From assembly GCA_958295715.1 (NCBI GenBank), contig OY282371.1:875183-939182 (forward strand): a stretch of 64,000 nucleotides of DNA. The letters are read 5' to 3'. This stretch comes from an uncultured Dehalococcoidia bacterium (GTDB lineage: Bacteria; Chloroflexota; Dehalococcoidia; Lucifugimonadales; GCA-2712585). Numbering within the stretch: the stretch's first letter is position 1; every line of letters starts with the position of its first letter. Both the position numbers and the translations under genes were made by a program. This document shows positions 63,175-64,000 of this stretch, one piece after another. The notes under the pieces are model-generated. The model made no database searches. It saw nothing but the letters and a program-made list of their open reading frames with translations, and had not been told where the DNA came from.

Positions 63175-64000
63175 TTATCTTAGCAGCGCGGCGATGTCCT
63201 CCGGCAGCTTGACGCCGAGCTTCCCTTCGAACCCTTCAACACTCCCATACTCTATCTTGAATTGAGCGGCAACGTCCATTCCCAGGTCCTTGGCCATAGT
63301 AAGGTCGGCCTTGGCCTTTCCCCACTTTTGCCGGCGTAACCAAGCAATACCGCGGTTGTAGTAAGCCTCCTTACAGTTGGGGTCAAGCTCAATTGCCTTG
63401 TCGTAGTCTGGAATGGCGAGGTCTAACTGACCTCTCTTCATATACGCCTCGCCGCGATTGTTGTAAGCCTCCTCATCCTGTGGGTCAAGCTCAATCGCTT
63501 TGTTGAAGTCCCGTAGGGCGAGGTCTAACTTGCCTTTCGCCACATACACATTGCCGCGGTTGTTATAAGCCTCTCTATACAGTGGGTCAAGCTCAATGGC
63601 TCTGTTGAGATCCCGAATGGCGAGGTCTGACTCGCGTTTCTTCATATACGCATTGCCGCGGTTGTAATAAGCCTCTTTGCCCTGTGGGTCAAGCTCAATC
63701 GCTTTGCTGTAGTCCTGAATGGCGAGGTCTGACTCGCGTTTCTTATAATAGGTATTGCCACGGTTGTTATAACTTGCGGGGATTTGCGGGTTGAGTCGAA
63801 TGGCCTCATTGTAGTGTTGGATAGCCTCTTTTAGCTTGCCTTGATTTTGGCAGGTAAGACCCCGGTAAAACTCAGTATAGGCGCTCTCGTATATCCTCTG
63901 AGTTTTTATAAATCCGTGAATATCATTGTATATGGTTTGTGGCGATATGCCGTGCTGCTTACGCAGGTGCTCGAGAATAGGTCGTTTAAGGTCTTTAGGA
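63175..64000 (-). CDS. TPR-repeat protein, partial (continues past the window end)
   Basis: The track lists only 63175-63645, from an internal Met. My reverse-strand reading stays open with no stop to nt 64000: ...PKDLKRPILEHLRKQHGISPQTIYNDIHGFIKTQRIYESAYTEFYRGLTCQNQGKLKEAIQHYNEAIRLNPQIPASYNNRGNTYYKKRESDLAIQDYSKAIELDPQGKEAYYNRGNAYMKKRESDL... The extra sequence adds TPR units, so the true start is outside the window. Confidence 0.75.
   Translation of the reverse strand, partial: PKDLKRPILEHLRKQHGISPQTIYNDIHGFIKTQRIYESAYTEFYRGLTCQNQGKLKEAIQHYNEAIRLNPQIPASYNNRGNTYYKKRESDLAIQDYSKAIELDPQGKEAYYNRGNAYMKKRESDLAIRDLNRAIELDPLYREAYNNRGNVYVAKGKLDLALRDFNKAIELDPQDEEAYNNRGEAYMKRGQLDLAIPDYDKAIELDPNCKEAYYNRGIAWLRRQKWGKAKADLTMAKDLGMDVAAQFKIEYGSVEGFEGKLGVKLPEDIAALLR

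Overview
GC-rich bacterial chromosomal segment. Sampled lines are about 65-72% GC outside one island. One 36.9-kb gene (4614-41528, minus strand) fills more than half the window. It encodes a 12,304-aa surface protein with a signal peptide, about 20 leucine-rich repeats and on the order of 100 Calx-beta-like domains. Of these, 29 form tandem 354-aa (1062-bp) units, followed by a Pro/Thr linker and a C-terminal membrane anchor. Left of it lie a truncated type I R-M HsdS remnant coupled to a partial P-loop ATPase, a GLUG-motif lipoprotein, and an LctP-family permease with a coupled 55-aa membrane microprotein. Right of it lies a DUF805 protein, then an ~8.4-kb lower-GC segment bracketed by 64-bp direct repeats. 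That segment carries a tightly coupled six-gene minus-strand operon: B12-type radical SAM, MORC/Hsp90-like GHKL ATPase, ParB/Srx-like protein, small PD-(D/E)xK nuclease, SNF2 helicase, and a second ParB/Srx-like protein. I cannot match it to any named system, and I consider it the best candidate for an undescribed DNA-modification/defence system. A decayed 3' fragment of a membrane-protein gene follows. The rest is ordinary: nagZ-like GH3, a polytopic membrane protein, tRNA-Ala(GGC), serS, lysS, greA, rsmD, coaD, a coiled-coil protein, and a TPR-GLUG-TPR cluster that runs off the right edge. An 18-nt poly-G tract sits 126 nt upstream of the giant gene. Most plus-strand ORFs in the supplied track inside the giant gene, and the Arg/Pro-rich ORFs overlapping other genes, are frame shadows. 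No rRNA, CRISPR array, integrase or transposase was recognised.
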